From contig JAITVV010000093.1 in assembly GCA_031285625.1 (NCBI GenBank), positions 125,232 to 189,231 of the forward strand: DNA of 64,000 bases. The letters run 5' to 3'. A program made the translations under genes and the position numbers. The notes beneath the pieces were generated by a model that saw only the letters and a program-made list of their open reading frames with translations, was not told the DNA's origin and ran no database searches. This DNA is from Prevotella sp. (GTDB lineage Bacteria; Bacteroidota; Bacteroidia; Bacteroidales; Dysgonomonadaceae). Each line of letters starts with the position of its first letter. Within the stretch, counting starts at the first letter, position 1. Positions 19,472 to 30,241 of this stretch are shown here, in pieces.

Positions 19472-19652
19472 GATCGCTCTTATTATCGGATTAAATCTGT
19501 ATATATCGTATTTCCAGAAATCAGTCTTCAAATTATAATAAAATCTGCGTTGTCTACATTTATTCCCTATGATAAGCGTATTGTATCCCGCACAGAAAAT
19601 CAGTAGAGCACAACCTGCAAGAGGCATAACCGATGAAAATAAGTTATTTTAA
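19472..19652 (+). pseudogene. Relic C-terminus of a B-type ABC permease
   Basis: 19569-19652 reads MISVLYPAQKISRAQPARGITDE..., resembling the ends IAVWYPSRKASNIQPAEALKDE / AVWYPAMKASKIQPAETLRAE; in-frame stops upstream. Confidence 0.6.
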
Positions 19653-20916
19653 ACAAGCAATAAGAACGATTAAGGATAATCCTTATTCAGCATTTATATC
19701 CATTATAGGGGTCGCCTTATCTATTGGTCTTATCATATCATTATTAGTTGCCATACGGGCCAAAGTGATGGATCTGGATCCTGAGAATAACCGTTCGCGC
19801 TCGCTATATGTAAAGTGGGTTGGAGTAAAAGAAAAGGAAACTAAAGATCATGTCGTTAATGGTTTTATGTCGTTAAAAACAATCAGGGAATGTTTTCAGT
19901 CCCTGAAAACACCTGAAGCTGTTACTGTATCGTCTTTTATCCATTCACATCTGGCAACATTACCCGGAGGAGGCAATCAGAAAAGGTGCTATGTTCTGTA
20001 TACCGACGACATTTTCTGGAAAGTATTTGATTTCAAATTCACAGATGGAAAAGGGTATAATAAACAGGAGTTTGAATCGGGAATAAAAAAGATAGTTATA
20101 AGCAAACAATTGGCTCGTACAATCTTCGGTACTGCAGAGAATATAATAGGAAAACAAATGCAGTTGAATTATATAACATATACAGTCTCTGGTATAGTCG
20201 AAGATCTTTCTCCTATAACTGTTGCTACCTATGCTCATGCATGGATACCTTATACCTCTGTACAACAAAGCCAAAGTTCGGATTCAGAAGGTATAACCGG
20301 CATGTATAAATGCCAGATCATAGCTAATTCTCCCAACGATTTCGAAGCTATACGTAAAGAAGTAGAACAACAGGTCGATCGTTATAATACGACTTTAGTC
20401 AATTATAAAGTTGAATTCTATGGTCAACCGGATATCAGGTATGTAGAAGATCATCGCTTTGGTGCCGGTTATCCGGATATGAAAAGATCATATTTGTCCG
20501 ATATAGGAATGATTCTCATTCTGTTATTAGTGCCTGCAATCAACTTGTCAGGGCTTACACTGTCACGAATGAGAAAAAGAATAACAGAATTAGGTGTTAG
20601 AAAGGCCTATGGAGCAACAAAGACGACACTAATGGGACAAGTCATAAGTGAACAATTGGTATACTCTCTTATCGGGAGCGCTTTAGGATTGTTATTATCA
20701 TTTATTACAGTTCACTTTATCAGTGATTATGGATTTAATCAAAATAACTATTTCGGCTTAGATATTAAAGGTGATTTTAATCCTGCAGTATTTATCACGC
20801 CTACGACATTTCTCCTGGCATTTATCTTTTGTCTCATTATTAACCTGCTATGTGCCGGAATTCCTGCATGGAAAGTATCGTCTGTGCCTATAGTTGACTC
20901 ATTAAAGGAGGAATAA
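19633..20916 (+). CDS. MacB-PCD/FtsX ABC permease, A-type 1
   Basis: TM1, periplasmic domain, LLVPAINL, ELGVRKAYGA, AGIPAW. Confidence 0.9.
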   Translation: MKISYFKQAIRTIKDNPYSAFISIIGVALSIGLIISLLVAIRAKVMDLDPENNRSRSLYVKWVGVKEKETKDHVVNGFMSLKTIRECFQSLKTPEAVTVSSFIHSHLATLPGGGNQKRCYVLYTDDIFWKVFDFKFTDGKGYNKQEFESGIKKIVISKQLARTIFGTAENIIGKQMQLNYITYTVSGIVEDLSPITVATYAHAWIPYTSVQQSQSSDSEGITGMYKCQIIANSPNDFEAIRKEVEQQVDRYNTTLVNYKVEFYGQPDIRYVEDHRFGAGYPDMKRSYLSDIGMILILLLVPAINLSGLTLSRMRKRITELGVRKAYGATKTTLMGQVISEQLVYSLIGSALGLLLSFITVHFISDYGFNQNNYFGLDIKGDFNPAVFITPTTFLLAFIFCLIINLLCAGIPAWKVSSVPIVDSLKEE

Positions 20917-20918
20917 AT

Positions 20919-22172
20919 ATGCTGAAACAAATATTTATAATAATATTCAATCAACGTAAAAACAATTTCTGGATACTGTCCGAACTATTGTTTGTTGCGG
21001 TATGCCTTTGGTACATAGTTGACTATATGGGAATACTACAATCTATAAAGAATATCCCTTTGGGATATAATATAGAGAATACATACCGTATCGATTTAAG
21101 TGAGCGTATAGAAGGTAGTGACAATTATATTTCTCCTACAGATAAAATAACTACCACAGGTGAAGACTTATTGTCTATAGTGGAGATTATCCGGCAATAT
21201 CCGGCAATAGAATCTGTAAGTCTATCCATTGCTTCACAACCTTATGCAGCAACTCCATATAGCCAGATATTCTATAAAAAGTTACTTTGTGACACGATCG
21301 GTATTTCGGCTCAGGAATATAGGGTTACCCCATCATTTTTTGACGTATTTAAGACTCAATCTATTGACAGAAAAGATTTAAAACAAGCATTAAATATGCA
21401 TTCCATCATCATATCTTCGAATACTGCAGCAGAACTTGTGGAAAATGATAATGTAATCGGTAAAACTATAGTAATAGGAGAAAATGGTCCGGAAAAACAG
21501 ATAACAGCACAGTATATTCCGGTTAGATGGACAGAATATTTTAAGGCTAATCTTTCATTTTATACCTTATTATCAGAGGATGAAATTGCTAAGACGGTGA
21601 ATCCGGATAACCTGTCACAAATAGAATTGTGTATAAGGGTGAAACCTAACATGGATCACGACTTTATCGATACTTTCATCAAGGATATGGGAAGTAAGGT
21701 AATGATAGGTAATATTTATCTGATGGATGTACGCCCGACGTCTTACATTCGGAAAGGTGCTATAGGACCCGAAGAAAGTACCATATTCGTAAGAACCTTT
21801 CTTTTGGAGTTTTTATTGATCAACATATTTCTGGGAATATCAGGTGTATTTGGCTTACGAACTCAGCAACGAAGGAGCGAATTGGGGTTACGCATAGCCT
21901 TGGGATCCCGTCGGACAGATTTACAACTATTGGTTATCGCAGAAGGGTTATTGTTGTTGACCGTAGTAATGGTACCGGTTATTTTCATAGCGTTCAACTT
22001 TGGACTTTTTGAACTGGTTCATGTAGATTGGGTGGAATTTACCCCTATCCGTTTCATTTCCAGTATTTTTATCACATATATCATATTGGCATGTATCATT
22101 CTCATCGGAACATGGTACCCCGCTTATCGTACAACTCTTATCAATCCTGCAGAAGCACTACATAACCAATAA
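20919..22172 (+). CDS. FtsX-like ABC permease, B-type 1
   Basis: RK.N.WI..EL N-terminus, RRSELGLRIALGS, WYPA...NPAEAL. Confidence 0.9.
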   Translation: MLKQIFIIIFNQRKNNFWILSELLFVAVCLWYIVDYMGILQSIKNIPLGYNIENTYRIDLSERIEGSDNYISPTDKITTTGEDLLSIVEIIRQYPAIESVSLSIASQPYAATPYSQIFYKKLLCDTIGISAQEYRVTPSFFDVFKTQSIDRKDLKQALNMHSIIISSNTAAELVENDNVIGKTIVIGENGPEKQITAQYIPVRWTEYFKANLSFYTLLSEDEIAKTVNPDNLSQIELCIRVKPNMDHDFIDTFIKDMGSKVMIGNIYLMDVRPTSYIRKGAIGPEESTIFVRTFLLEFLLINIFLGISGVFGLRTQQRRSELGLRIALGSRRTDLQLLVIAEGLLLLTVVMVPVIFIAFNFGLFELVHVDWVEFTPIRFISSIFITYIILACIILIGTWYPAYRTTLINPAEALHNQ

Positions 22173-22186
22173 TACAAATTAAAATC

Positions 22187-23446
22187 ATGTATAAAACCTA
22201 CCTCAAACAAGCTATTGAAATGCTGAAGCAAAATAAGTTTATCAGCATTATTACAATCATAGGCACAGCACTTGCCATTATGATGATCATGGTGATTATA
22301 GTGACCGATTCTATAAAAACAACTAACATCCCACCTGAAATAAATAGGGATAGAACCCTGTATATTTTACGTGAATGGACAAAAAGAAAGGATGGAAAAG
22401 GGAATAGTCAAAACGGGACCATTAGCTATAAGGTATATAAAACATATATATCTGAGATGAAAGTACCTGAACTACATTCTGCTATAGCCATGGAATGGGA
22501 AAAAAGTGTCATAACATCTCCTGAAAACGAAATGGAACGTGTGCCTATGGATTTAAAGCCAATAGATGCAAATTATTGGAAAATTATGTCTTTTTCCTTC
22601 GTTAGTGGAAAGCCTTTTACACAAGAAGATTTTGATTCGGGACTAAAAAAAGCTGTTATAACAGAAAATACTTCAAAAACATTATTTGGTACTCAGAATG
22701 CTCTGGGCAAAACAATAAATATAAATTTCATACCATACACAGTAGTTGGAATTATAAAGGATGTATCACCTATATTTCATTACGCTTATTCTAACGTATA
22801 TATTCCGTATACTTCGCGTGAGGCATATGAAAGTAACTGGTTTCGTATTATGGCTTTAGCTAAGAATAAACAGGATTTTGGCTTGATAGATAATGAAATC
22901 AGAGCCATGGAACGAAAATTTAATTCTGTTGACACAGAATGGGATCTGGAATTAAAAGGACCATATGATCACTCGGCACAAGAAATATCCAGAAATTCAG
23001 AAGAAGACCCGGATATGAAAAGCCAGTTAAGAAAAACGATATTTATATTATGTATTCTTTTACTAGTTCCGGCAATCAATCTATCTAGTTTCAGCCTTTC
23101 GCGTATAAAAAAACGGAGAGAAGAGATAGGTATTAGAAAAGCATTTGGCGCAAAAAAATATGTTATACTTATTCAGGTACTCTACGAAAATTTGATCACT
23201 TCGCTTATTGGAGGTATAATTGGACTCCTGTTATCATATGCTGTTGTTATATGGCTTAAACAATGGTTGTTAGGCATAAACTCCGACAGCATTGTACCAT
23301 TAGAAGCATTTATATCGTTGCCTATCTTTATTGCTGTATTTATTGTTTGTATACTACTTAACTTACTTTCGGCGGGAATCCCTGCTTACAAAGCATCCAA
23401 AGTAAAAATTATAGATTCACTTAACCAAAATAACGAAAAATCATGA
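22187..23446 (+). CDS. MacB-PCD/FtsX ABC permease, A-type 2
   Basis: KQNKFISII, LLVPAINL, EEIGIRKAFGA, SAGIPAY. Confidence 0.9.
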   Translation: MYKTYLKQAIEMLKQNKFISIITIIGTALAIMMIMVIIVTDSIKTTNIPPEINRDRTLYILREWTKRKDGKGNSQNGTISYKVYKTYISEMKVPELHSAIAMEWEKSVITSPENEMERVPMDLKPIDANYWKIMSFSFVSGKPFTQEDFDSGLKKAVITENTSKTLFGTQNALGKTININFIPYTVVGIIKDVSPIFHYAYSNVYIPYTSREAYESNWFRIMALAKNKQDFGLIDNEIRAMERKFNSVDTEWDLELKGPYDHSAQEISRNSEEDPDMKSQLRKTIFILCILLLVPAINLSSFSLSRIKKRREEIGIRKAFGAKKYVILIQVLYENLITSLIGGIIGLLLSYAVVIWLKQWLLGINSDSIVPLEAFISLPIFIAVFIVCILLNLLSAGIPAYKASKVKIIDSLNQNNEKS

Positions 23447-24696
23447 TAAAGCATATATTAAAAATAATCTGGACAGAGCGCAAGGTGAACGCATGGATTC
23501 TTTTAGAACTTATTCTCGTATTTTGCATATTATGGTTTTGTGCCGATTATATGCTTTATATAGGTAAAAAATATATCGAACCCAGAGGATTTGATATCAC
23601 ACATACTTACAAGGTAGGAATAAACCTGAAGGAAGAAGGACGCAAAATCGCGAGTTTCGGGACTGACGAGGAAAAGAAACAAATGCTTGACCATCTTTGG
23701 ACTATATATGACAGAGTAAAACAATATCCCGCGATAGAAAATGTCAGTTATTCTTTTTCTGCCGCGCCCTATTCAGGCTCCTGGTCTTCGGGAGACTTCA
23801 CCATGGACTCTGTTGTTGTACCGCATCGACGCAAAACGGTATCCCCCGGTTTTTTTGAGGTTTTCGACATTAAAATCATTCACGGAAAGGCTTTTACTTT
23901 TGATAATATAATTGCGGAAAACCCAGCTATGATAGGCCCCGGGGCCAACAATATGTTTGGCCCGAGAAAACCAGAGAATGTAGACTATGCAAAATACTCC
24001 GAAGAATATAAATATAAAATCATTGGGGTAGCAAATAAGGTGAAAAAGAGCGAGTACGAGAATTATGAACAAATATTATATTTCCCTCTAAAAAAAGATA
24101 ATATGAATATTCTTGATTACCGGGAAATGTGTATTAGAGTAAAACCTGAAGCCGATAAAAATTTCGTAGAACAATTTAAAAAGGATATGACAAGACAACT
24201 GGAGATTGAACATTATTTCTTATCATCTATCACACCACTCGAAAATGACAGGGAAATCCATATGGACTGGAACGGTTATTCAAACAATTTTAAAAGTATA
24301 TATTCTGTTTCCGCCTTCCTTATTATAAATATCTTTTTGGGGGTAATAGGCACATTCTGGTTCAGAATACAATCACGCAGAAATGAGATAGGACTCCGGA
24401 TAGCTTTGGGTGCAACGAAGAAAAATATAAAACGGATATTTATAAGTGAAACTCTCCTTCTGTTATTTCTGGCTAGTATTATCGCTACGATATTTTGCAT
24501 AAACATAAGCATATCTGATATCTTAAAAGATATAGGAGTACCAGTTATCGACAAAGATGAGAGTTCTGTTATTTCACAATTGACAAACTATATAGCGACT
24601 TTCGCATTCCTTGCCATTATTGCCTTCATTGCAGTATGGTATCCCGCAATGAAGGCTTCGAAGATACAACCAGCAGAAACATTGAGAGCAGAATAA
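23443..24696 (+). CDS. FtsX-like ABC permease, B-type 2
   Basis: WTERKVNAWILLEL, RRNEIGLRIALGA, WYPA..QPAETL; ATGA overlap with upstream permease. Confidence 0.9.
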   Translation: MIKHILKIIWTERKVNAWILLELILVFCILWFCADYMLYIGKKYIEPRGFDITHTYKVGINLKEEGRKIASFGTDEEKKQMLDHLWTIYDRVKQYPAIENVSYSFSAAPYSGSWSSGDFTMDSVVVPHRRKTVSPGFFEVFDIKIIHGKAFTFDNIIAENPAMIGPGANNMFGPRKPENVDYAKYSEEYKYKIIGVANKVKKSEYENYEQILYFPLKKDNMNILDYREMCIRVKPEADKNFVEQFKKDMTRQLEIEHYFLSSITPLENDREIHMDWNGYSNNFKSIYSVSAFLIINIFLGVIGTFWFRIQSRRNEIGLRIALGATKKNIKRIFISETLLLLFLASIIATIFCINISISDILKDIGVPVIDKDESSVISQLTNYIATFAFLAIIAFIAVWYPAMKASKIQPAETLRAE

Positions 24697-24718
24697 CTAT
24701 TGAAAAAACAGTTGAACT

Positions 24719-25978
24719 ATGTATAAAATCTATTTAAAGCAAGCTGTAAAAATGCTGAAACAAAATAAGTTTATCAGTATTGTTACCATCACTGGTACAG
24801 CTTTGGCTATTATGATGATTATGGTCATTGTTGTCACCGACGCTATCAAGAATGTTGATATTGCTCCCGAAATAAACAGGAATAATACTTTTTATGTAAA
24901 ACGTTATACAAAAAAGCATAAAGATGAGTCGAAACGCGGTATGTGGCAAAGTACTCCAGATTATAACCTATATAAAAATTATTTGTCCGGATTCAAAACA
25001 CCGGAATATACTACTGCCGTAGATAAAGCCTGGAGTGGCAACAGATATATGATTAAAAAAGATAATGCAGATGAGCGTTTCCTTGCCGAAATAAGGATGG
25101 TTGATGCTGCTTACTGGAAAGTTATGTCTTTCTCCTTTGTTGAAGGCAAAGCATTTACTGAAGAAGACTTTGCATCAGGCATACGAAATGTCGTTATCTC
25201 CGAAAACCTGGCAAAGAAAGTATTTGGTAATAAGGAAGCTCTGGGTAAAAGTATGGAGTTAGACTTTAATACATACAAGGTGGTTGGCATTGTAAAAAAT
25301 GTATCTCAAACTTTCACCTACGGATATGGAGAGGCGTACATACCTTATACATCAAAGAACGGGTATGAAAACCGGAGTTATCATATATTATATCTACTGA
25401 AGGACAAGAAAGACATAGTGTCCCTGATAGAAGAAATCGAAATAGGACAACGTAAATTTGACAGTGCTGACAGTGAATGGAATATAACCTTTCACGGGCC
25501 CAACAGCCACAGACAGACTTTGATGAATGAAACCCGGGATATGAAGCCTGACGAAAAGACTACGAACAGGAAGATGATATTTATTTTTTGTGTTTTGCTC
25601 CTTATCCCTGCGGTCAACCTGTCCAGCTTCAGTATGTCACAGATAAAAAGACGGATAGAAGAAATCGGTGTGAGGAAAGCTTTTGGAGCTAAAAAGTATA
25701 TTATCCTCATTCAGATTTTATTCGAAAACCTTATTACCACTTGTGTCGGTGGAATTATCGGGCTGGTACTATCCTATTTTATAGTCCTATGGCTCAAAGA
25801 ATGGCTTCTTGACATTGGGACTGAAAGCACCATACCGATACATGCCTTGATGTCATTCCCGGTGTTATTAGGTGTATTTGCAGCTTGCTTTATTCTCAAT
25901 CTCCTGTCGGCGGGAATACCTGCATATAGGGCATCTAAAGCGAACATAGTTGATTCTATTAATAAGAAAAACATGTAA
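24719..25978 (+). CDS. MacB-PCD/FtsX ABC permease, A-type 3
   Basis: Close paralog of 22187 in TM regions; EEIGVRKAFGA. Confidence 0.9.
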   Translation: MYKIYLKQAVKMLKQNKFISIVTITGTALAIMMIMVIVVTDAIKNVDIAPEINRNNTFYVKRYTKKHKDESKRGMWQSTPDYNLYKNYLSGFKTPEYTTAVDKAWSGNRYMIKKDNADERFLAEIRMVDAAYWKVMSFSFVEGKAFTEEDFASGIRNVVISENLAKKVFGNKEALGKSMELDFNTYKVVGIVKNVSQTFTYGYGEAYIPYTSKNGYENRSYHILYLLKDKKDIVSLIEEIEIGQRKFDSADSEWNITFHGPNSHRQTLMNETRDMKPDEKTTNRKMIFIFCVLLLIPAVNLSSFSMSQIKRRIEEIGVRKAFGAKKYIILIQILFENLITTCVGGIIGLVLSYFIVLWLKEWLLDIGTESTIPIHALMSFPVLLGVFAACFILNLLSAGIPAYRASKANIVDSINKKNM

Positions 25979-25982
25979 TACC

Positions 25983-27239
25983 ATGATACGACAGATCTTT
26001 AAAATAATATGGACAGAGCGAAGAATCAATATCTGGATATTATTTGAGCTTATATTAGTTTTTTGCATTCTTTGGTTTTGTGTAGATTATATCTATTTCT
26101 TTACAAAACGGTATCTGGAACCTACAGGCTATAATATCGAGCATGTTTATAGTGTCAATTTGGGAATAAAGGAAGAGGGAAATGTAATAATAAATAATGG
26201 CAGTGATGCACAAAAAGATTCTTTGCTAAATACTGTATGGACAATCATGGATCGTATAAAGACATATCCGGATGTTAAATATGCAAGCTTAGCATTTGAT
26301 GCAATTCCTTATTCCGGAAATTATAGAAATAATTCTTTTACAATAGATTCCGTAGCGGAGTATATACAAATCAAAACAGTTGCTCCTGATTTTTTTTATG
26401 TTTTCGATATTAATATACTGCAAGGGAACATACCTGAGTGGAACAATCCTGATGATATAGTCATTAGTGGCACCCGTGATAATATGTTTCTGAAGAAAGA
26501 TGTCAGACAAATAAAAACGCTTGACTTTGAAGGAGAAAAGAAGAAAGTGATTGGAGCGGTAGAATCTTCAAAAAGAAGTGAGTTTAATAATAGTGACCCT
26601 ATAATTTACATACTATTACCCAGAAATAATGTTGAGGCCATCAATATGGAAGGTTATTCCCAAATATGTGTACGGGTAAAGGCTGAAGCAGACAAAAATT
26701 TTATTGAGAGGTTTACGAAGGATATGCAAAATCAAATAGCAGTAGACCCCTATTTCTTATCATCCGTAACCTCCATTGACGACATAAGAAAAGATTATAT
26801 AAAATGGACTGGTTATGATAGCAATTTTAAAAGTATTTTTTCTATATCGGCATTCCTGTTGATTAATATTTTTCTGGCGGTAGTTGGTACTTTCTGGTTT
26901 CGTACACAAACACGCCGCAGCGAAATAGGATTGCGTATAGCATTAGGCTCGTCACGGGTGAATGTTCAGACAATATTCATTATCGAAACCATATTGCTGA
27001 TATTCTTTGCCAGCATTATAGCCACAATAATCAGTGTAAATGTAGCTCTGGCGGATGTTCTTAAAGATATAGGAATTCCGGTAGTAGAAAGAGGCGAAGA
27101 TGAAATACGGCTTGGTCAGTATCTCATTAATTATTGCATTACATTTTTCATATTGGTTACTATTTCAATAATCGCAGTGTGGTATCCATCACGCAAAGCA
27201 TCCAATATACAGCCGGCTGAAGCATTAAAAGACGAATAA
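25983..27239 (+). CDS. FtsX-like ABC permease, B-type 3 (start reassigned to MIRQIFK)
   Basis: Aligns with the N-terminus of 23443; RRSEIGLRIALGS, WYPS..QPAEAL. Confidence 0.9.
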   Translation: MIRQIFKIIWTERRINIWILFELILVFCILWFCVDYIYFFTKRYLEPTGYNIEHVYSVNLGIKEEGNVIINNGSDAQKDSLLNTVWTIMDRIKTYPDVKYASLAFDAIPYSGNYRNNSFTIDSVAEYIQIKTVAPDFFYVFDINILQGNIPEWNNPDDIVISGTRDNMFLKKDVRQIKTLDFEGEKKKVIGAVESSKRSEFNNSDPIIYILLPRNNVEAINMEGYSQICVRVKAEADKNFIERFTKDMQNQIAVDPYFLSSVTSIDDIRKDYIKWTGYDSNFKSIFSISAFLLINIFLAVVGTFWFRTQTRRSEIGLRIALGSSRVNVQTIFIIETILLIFFASIIATIISVNVALADVLKDIGIPVVERGEDEIRLGQYLINYCITFFILVTISIIAVWYPSRKASNIQPAEALKDE

Positions 27240-27252
27240 AAAACTAAATGAT

Positions 27253-28734
27253 ATGAAAAAGATCCTAACAACAATAATACTATCTATTTGTTTGTCTACT
27301 AGCTATGCACAAGACACAATTATAGTAAGCCTGAGCGACGCTATTCAACGCAGTGCTTCAATTTCAGTAGATGCTGTTGTTGCCCGTAATGAATATAAAT
27401 CAAGTTACTGGGGGTATAAGACATATAAGGCTGAATTGTTGCCTGAGGTAACATTAAACACGACCCTACCCTATTATTCCAAATCTTACAATTCTTTTCA
27501 AAATTCCGATGGATCTTATACTTTTGTCAGTAATGACTATAGTAAGATAGATGCAGGAATATCCATATCACAGAATATACCATTAACTGGTGGTATCCTA
27601 TCTGTAGAAAGCAGTTTTCAACGGCTACAGCAATATGGAGATAATGGTTCTACTCGTTATATGTCGATACCGGGCTCTATCACACTCACCCAACCAATCT
27701 TCGGGTTTAACCGTGTAAAATGGTTACAGAAGATAGAACCTGTCAAATTTCAGGAAGCAAAACAGCAGGTGATTGCTAATATGGAAGAAGTATCGAATAC
27801 AGCTATACAATATTATTTTAATTTATTGTTAGGGCAAATTAATATGGAAATAGCACAGCAAAATCTCAAAAATTCAGAAAAGCTATATACAATCGCCGAA
27901 GCTAAACGTAAAATTGGACAAATATCCGAGAATGATCTGCTTCAATTGAAGATTTCTCTTCTTAAAGCAGAATCATACCTTACTGATGCACAATCATCTT
28001 TAAACTCACGGATGTTTCAGTTGCGCTCATTTCTTGGTTATGGAGAAGATATTATTTTAAAACCATTTATACCTGAAACATTATCGCAAAATATACCGAC
28101 ACTATCATACCCTCAGGTAATAGGTCTTGCTCGTGAAAATAATCCATTTACTCAGAATATCCAGAAAAGAATGCTCGAAGCCTCACGTGATGTAAGCCAG
28201 GCAAAAGCAGACAGATGGAATGCTGAACTTTTCGTTTCATTCGGTATGTCAGGACAAGAAGATACTTTTTCCAAAGCATTTAATTCCAATAATTTAAGAA
28301 GTAATCAGATTGTGCAGATTGGAGTAAAAATTCCAATACTCGACTGGGGTAAGAGCAAGGGTAAGGTTAAAATAGCAGAAGCAAACAGAGAGGTTGAGAA
28401 TTCAAAGATAGAAAAAGAACAGATGGATTTTAATCAAAATATCTATCTCCGTGTGCAGAACTTCAACAACCAGTCTAAACAGTTGGAATTGGCTAAAGAA
28501 ACCGATATTATAGCTCAGCAAAGATACAATACTTCTATTGAAGCCTTTGTTTTAGGTAAAATAGATGTATTAAACCTGAATGACTCTCAAACCTCGAAAG
28601 ATGAAGCCAGACGCAATTATATTGAACAAATGTATTTACTTTGGTCTTATTACTATCAGATACGAAGTCTGACTCTTTATGATTTCATAAATAATAAAGA
28701 AATCTCAGTTAATTACGAAAATATTGTTGATTGA
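27253..28734 (+). CDS. TolC-family outer membrane efflux protein
   Basis: Signal peptide; two helical repeats (YFNLL...A..N; G.I...DLLQ; IPILDWG; G.IDVL.LN). Confidence 0.9.
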   Translation: MKKILTTIILSICLSTSYAQDTIIVSLSDAIQRSASISVDAVVARNEYKSSYWGYKTYKAELLPEVTLNTTLPYYSKSYNSFQNSDGSYTFVSNDYSKIDAGISISQNIPLTGGILSVESSFQRLQQYGDNGSTRYMSIPGSITLTQPIFGFNRVKWLQKIEPVKFQEAKQQVIANMEEVSNTAIQYYFNLLLGQINMEIAQQNLKNSEKLYTIAEAKRKIGQISENDLLQLKISLLKAESYLTDAQSSLNSRMFQLRSFLGYGEDIILKPFIPETLSQNIPTLSYPQVIGLARENNPFTQNIQKRMLEASRDVSQAKADRWNAELFVSFGMSGQEDTFSKAFNSNNLRSNQIVQIGVKIPILDWGKSKGKVKIAEANREVENSKIEKEQMDFNQNIYLRVQNFNNQSKQLELAKETDIIAQQRYNTSIEAFVLGKIDVLNLNDSQTSKDEARRNYIEQMYLLWSYYYQIRSLTLYDFINNKEISVNYENIVD

Positions 28735-28808
28735 GGATTAGACTTTGTTAAGGAACTACAATTATGATAACATATTGGTAGCAAAAGAACAGGAAAATCA
28801 CTACTTTT

Positions 28809-28868
28809 AAGGTCTCAGGTCCATTTATTGTTGTTTGATAATAACGATATACTTACTGTTACTTATTA
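28809..28868. repeat. Shortened copy of the 6240 repeat
   Basis: AAGGTCTCAGGTCCATTTATT ... ATACTTACTGTTACTTATTA. Confidence 0.55.
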
Positions 28869-28884
28869 TTAAAAAAGAAAATGT

Positions 28885-30237
28885 ATGATACTCATTTGCG
28901 ACGATGATGCCGCCATACGGTCTTCACTAAGTCTGGTACTAAAGCGTGCAGGATACGAAACAGCCAGTGTTTCCACACCACTTGAAGCGATCAATTTTAT
29001 AAAAAATATATCACCAGATCTTATTCTCATGGATATGAATTATACCAAAGGGACAAGTGGAGAGGAAGGGCTTACATTATTGCGACAAGTAAAGATATAC
29101 CGTCCTGAGGTACCTGTAATTCTCATAACGGCATGGGGCTCTATCAATCTGGCTGTGAGAGGCATTCAGGCTGGAGCTTTCGATTTTATAACAAAGCCTT
29201 GGAGCAATATGGCTCTAATAAATACGATACAAACTGCTTTAGAGCTTAAAGAAGATAGAGGTACCGAAACTGAGCAAACTAAAAATACTGATTTTCACTA
29301 TGATAAAATAATCGGCAAATCACCTTTATTACAAAATGTTTTCAATACAATATCCCGCATAGCTAAAACGAATGCATCAGTATTAATTACAGGCGAAAGT
29401 GGTACTGGAAAAGAGTTAATCGCAGAGGCGGTACATGAAAACAGTAATCGAAAGAAAGCACCTTTTGTAAAAGTGAATCTAGGTGGCATATCACAGTCAT
29501 TGTTCGAAAGCGAAATGTTCGGACACAAGAAAGGAGCATTCACAGACGCACACTACGACCGGATAGGTCGCTTCGAATTAGCAAATAAAGGAAGTATCTT
29601 TCTGGATGAGATTGGAGAACTGGATGCAGCCTGTCAGGTAAAGCTATTAAGAGTATTGCAAGACAAAACATTTGAATCATTAGGGGACAGCAAACAAAAA
29701 CAAGTCGATATACGGGTTATTAGTGCTACCAACAGAAGTCTTGCTGAAATGGTATCAAAAGGATCTTTTCGTGAAGACTTATTTTACCGTATCAACCTTA
29801 TTACAATACGTGTGCCGGCTCTGCGCGAACGAATTGATGATATACCTTTACTAGTAAACCATTTTGCAAAAAAACAAGCCGAGATAAATGGTTTGAATAA
29901 TATTGAATTTACATCCGAAGCACTTGCCTTCTTGAAAAGACTGCCTTATCCGGGAAATATCAGAGAACTAAAGAATTTGGTAGACAGAGTTATTTTAGTA
30001 TCCGGAAAAGAACTGATAACAGATGTAGATTTTAAAGATCAATATACAGAAATACCAAATTCTTCTATACCTTTATCTGACTCTATCTATCCATTAGATG
30101 AACTTGAAAGAAATATGATCGTAAAAGCAATGGAGTTATATGGGGGAAACCTGTCAAAAGTAGCAACGGCGCTTGGCGTTAGCAGGCAAGCCTTATACAG
30201 ACGACTTGAGAAATATGGTATGAGTACAAACGAATGA
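28885..30237 (+). CDS. NtrC/AtoC-family sigma54-type response regulator
   Basis: REC (DDD, LMDMN, TKPW), GESGTGKE, ESEMFGH.KGAFTDA, FLDEI, FREDLFYR, PGNIREL, Fis-type HTH. Confidence 0.95.
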   Translation: MILICDDDAAIRSSLSLVLKRAGYETASVSTPLEAINFIKNISPDLILMDMNYTKGTSGEEGLTLLRQVKIYRPEVPVILITAWGSINLAVRGIQAGAFDFITKPWSNMALINTIQTALELKEDRGTETEQTKNTDFHYDKIIGKSPLLQNVFNTISRIAKTNASVLITGESGTGKELIAEAVHENSNRKKAPFVKVNLGGISQSLFESEMFGHKKGAFTDAHYDRIGRFELANKGSIFLDEIGELDAACQVKLLRVLQDKTFESLGDSKQKQVDIRVISATNRSLAEMVSKGSFREDLFYRINLITIRVPALRERIDDIPLLVNHFAKKQAEINGLNNIEFTSEALAFLKRLPYPGNIRELKNLVDRVILVSGKELITDVDFKDQYTEIPNSSIPLSDSIYPLDELERNMIVKAMELYGGNLSKVATALGVSRQALYRRLEKYGMSTNE

Positions 30238-30241
30238 AACA

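Noticed and set aside
17520-28734. Bacteriocin/RiPP cluster around the exporter
   Set aside because: No precursor peptide, modification enzyme or C39 peptidase found; the only short ORF is a permease relic.
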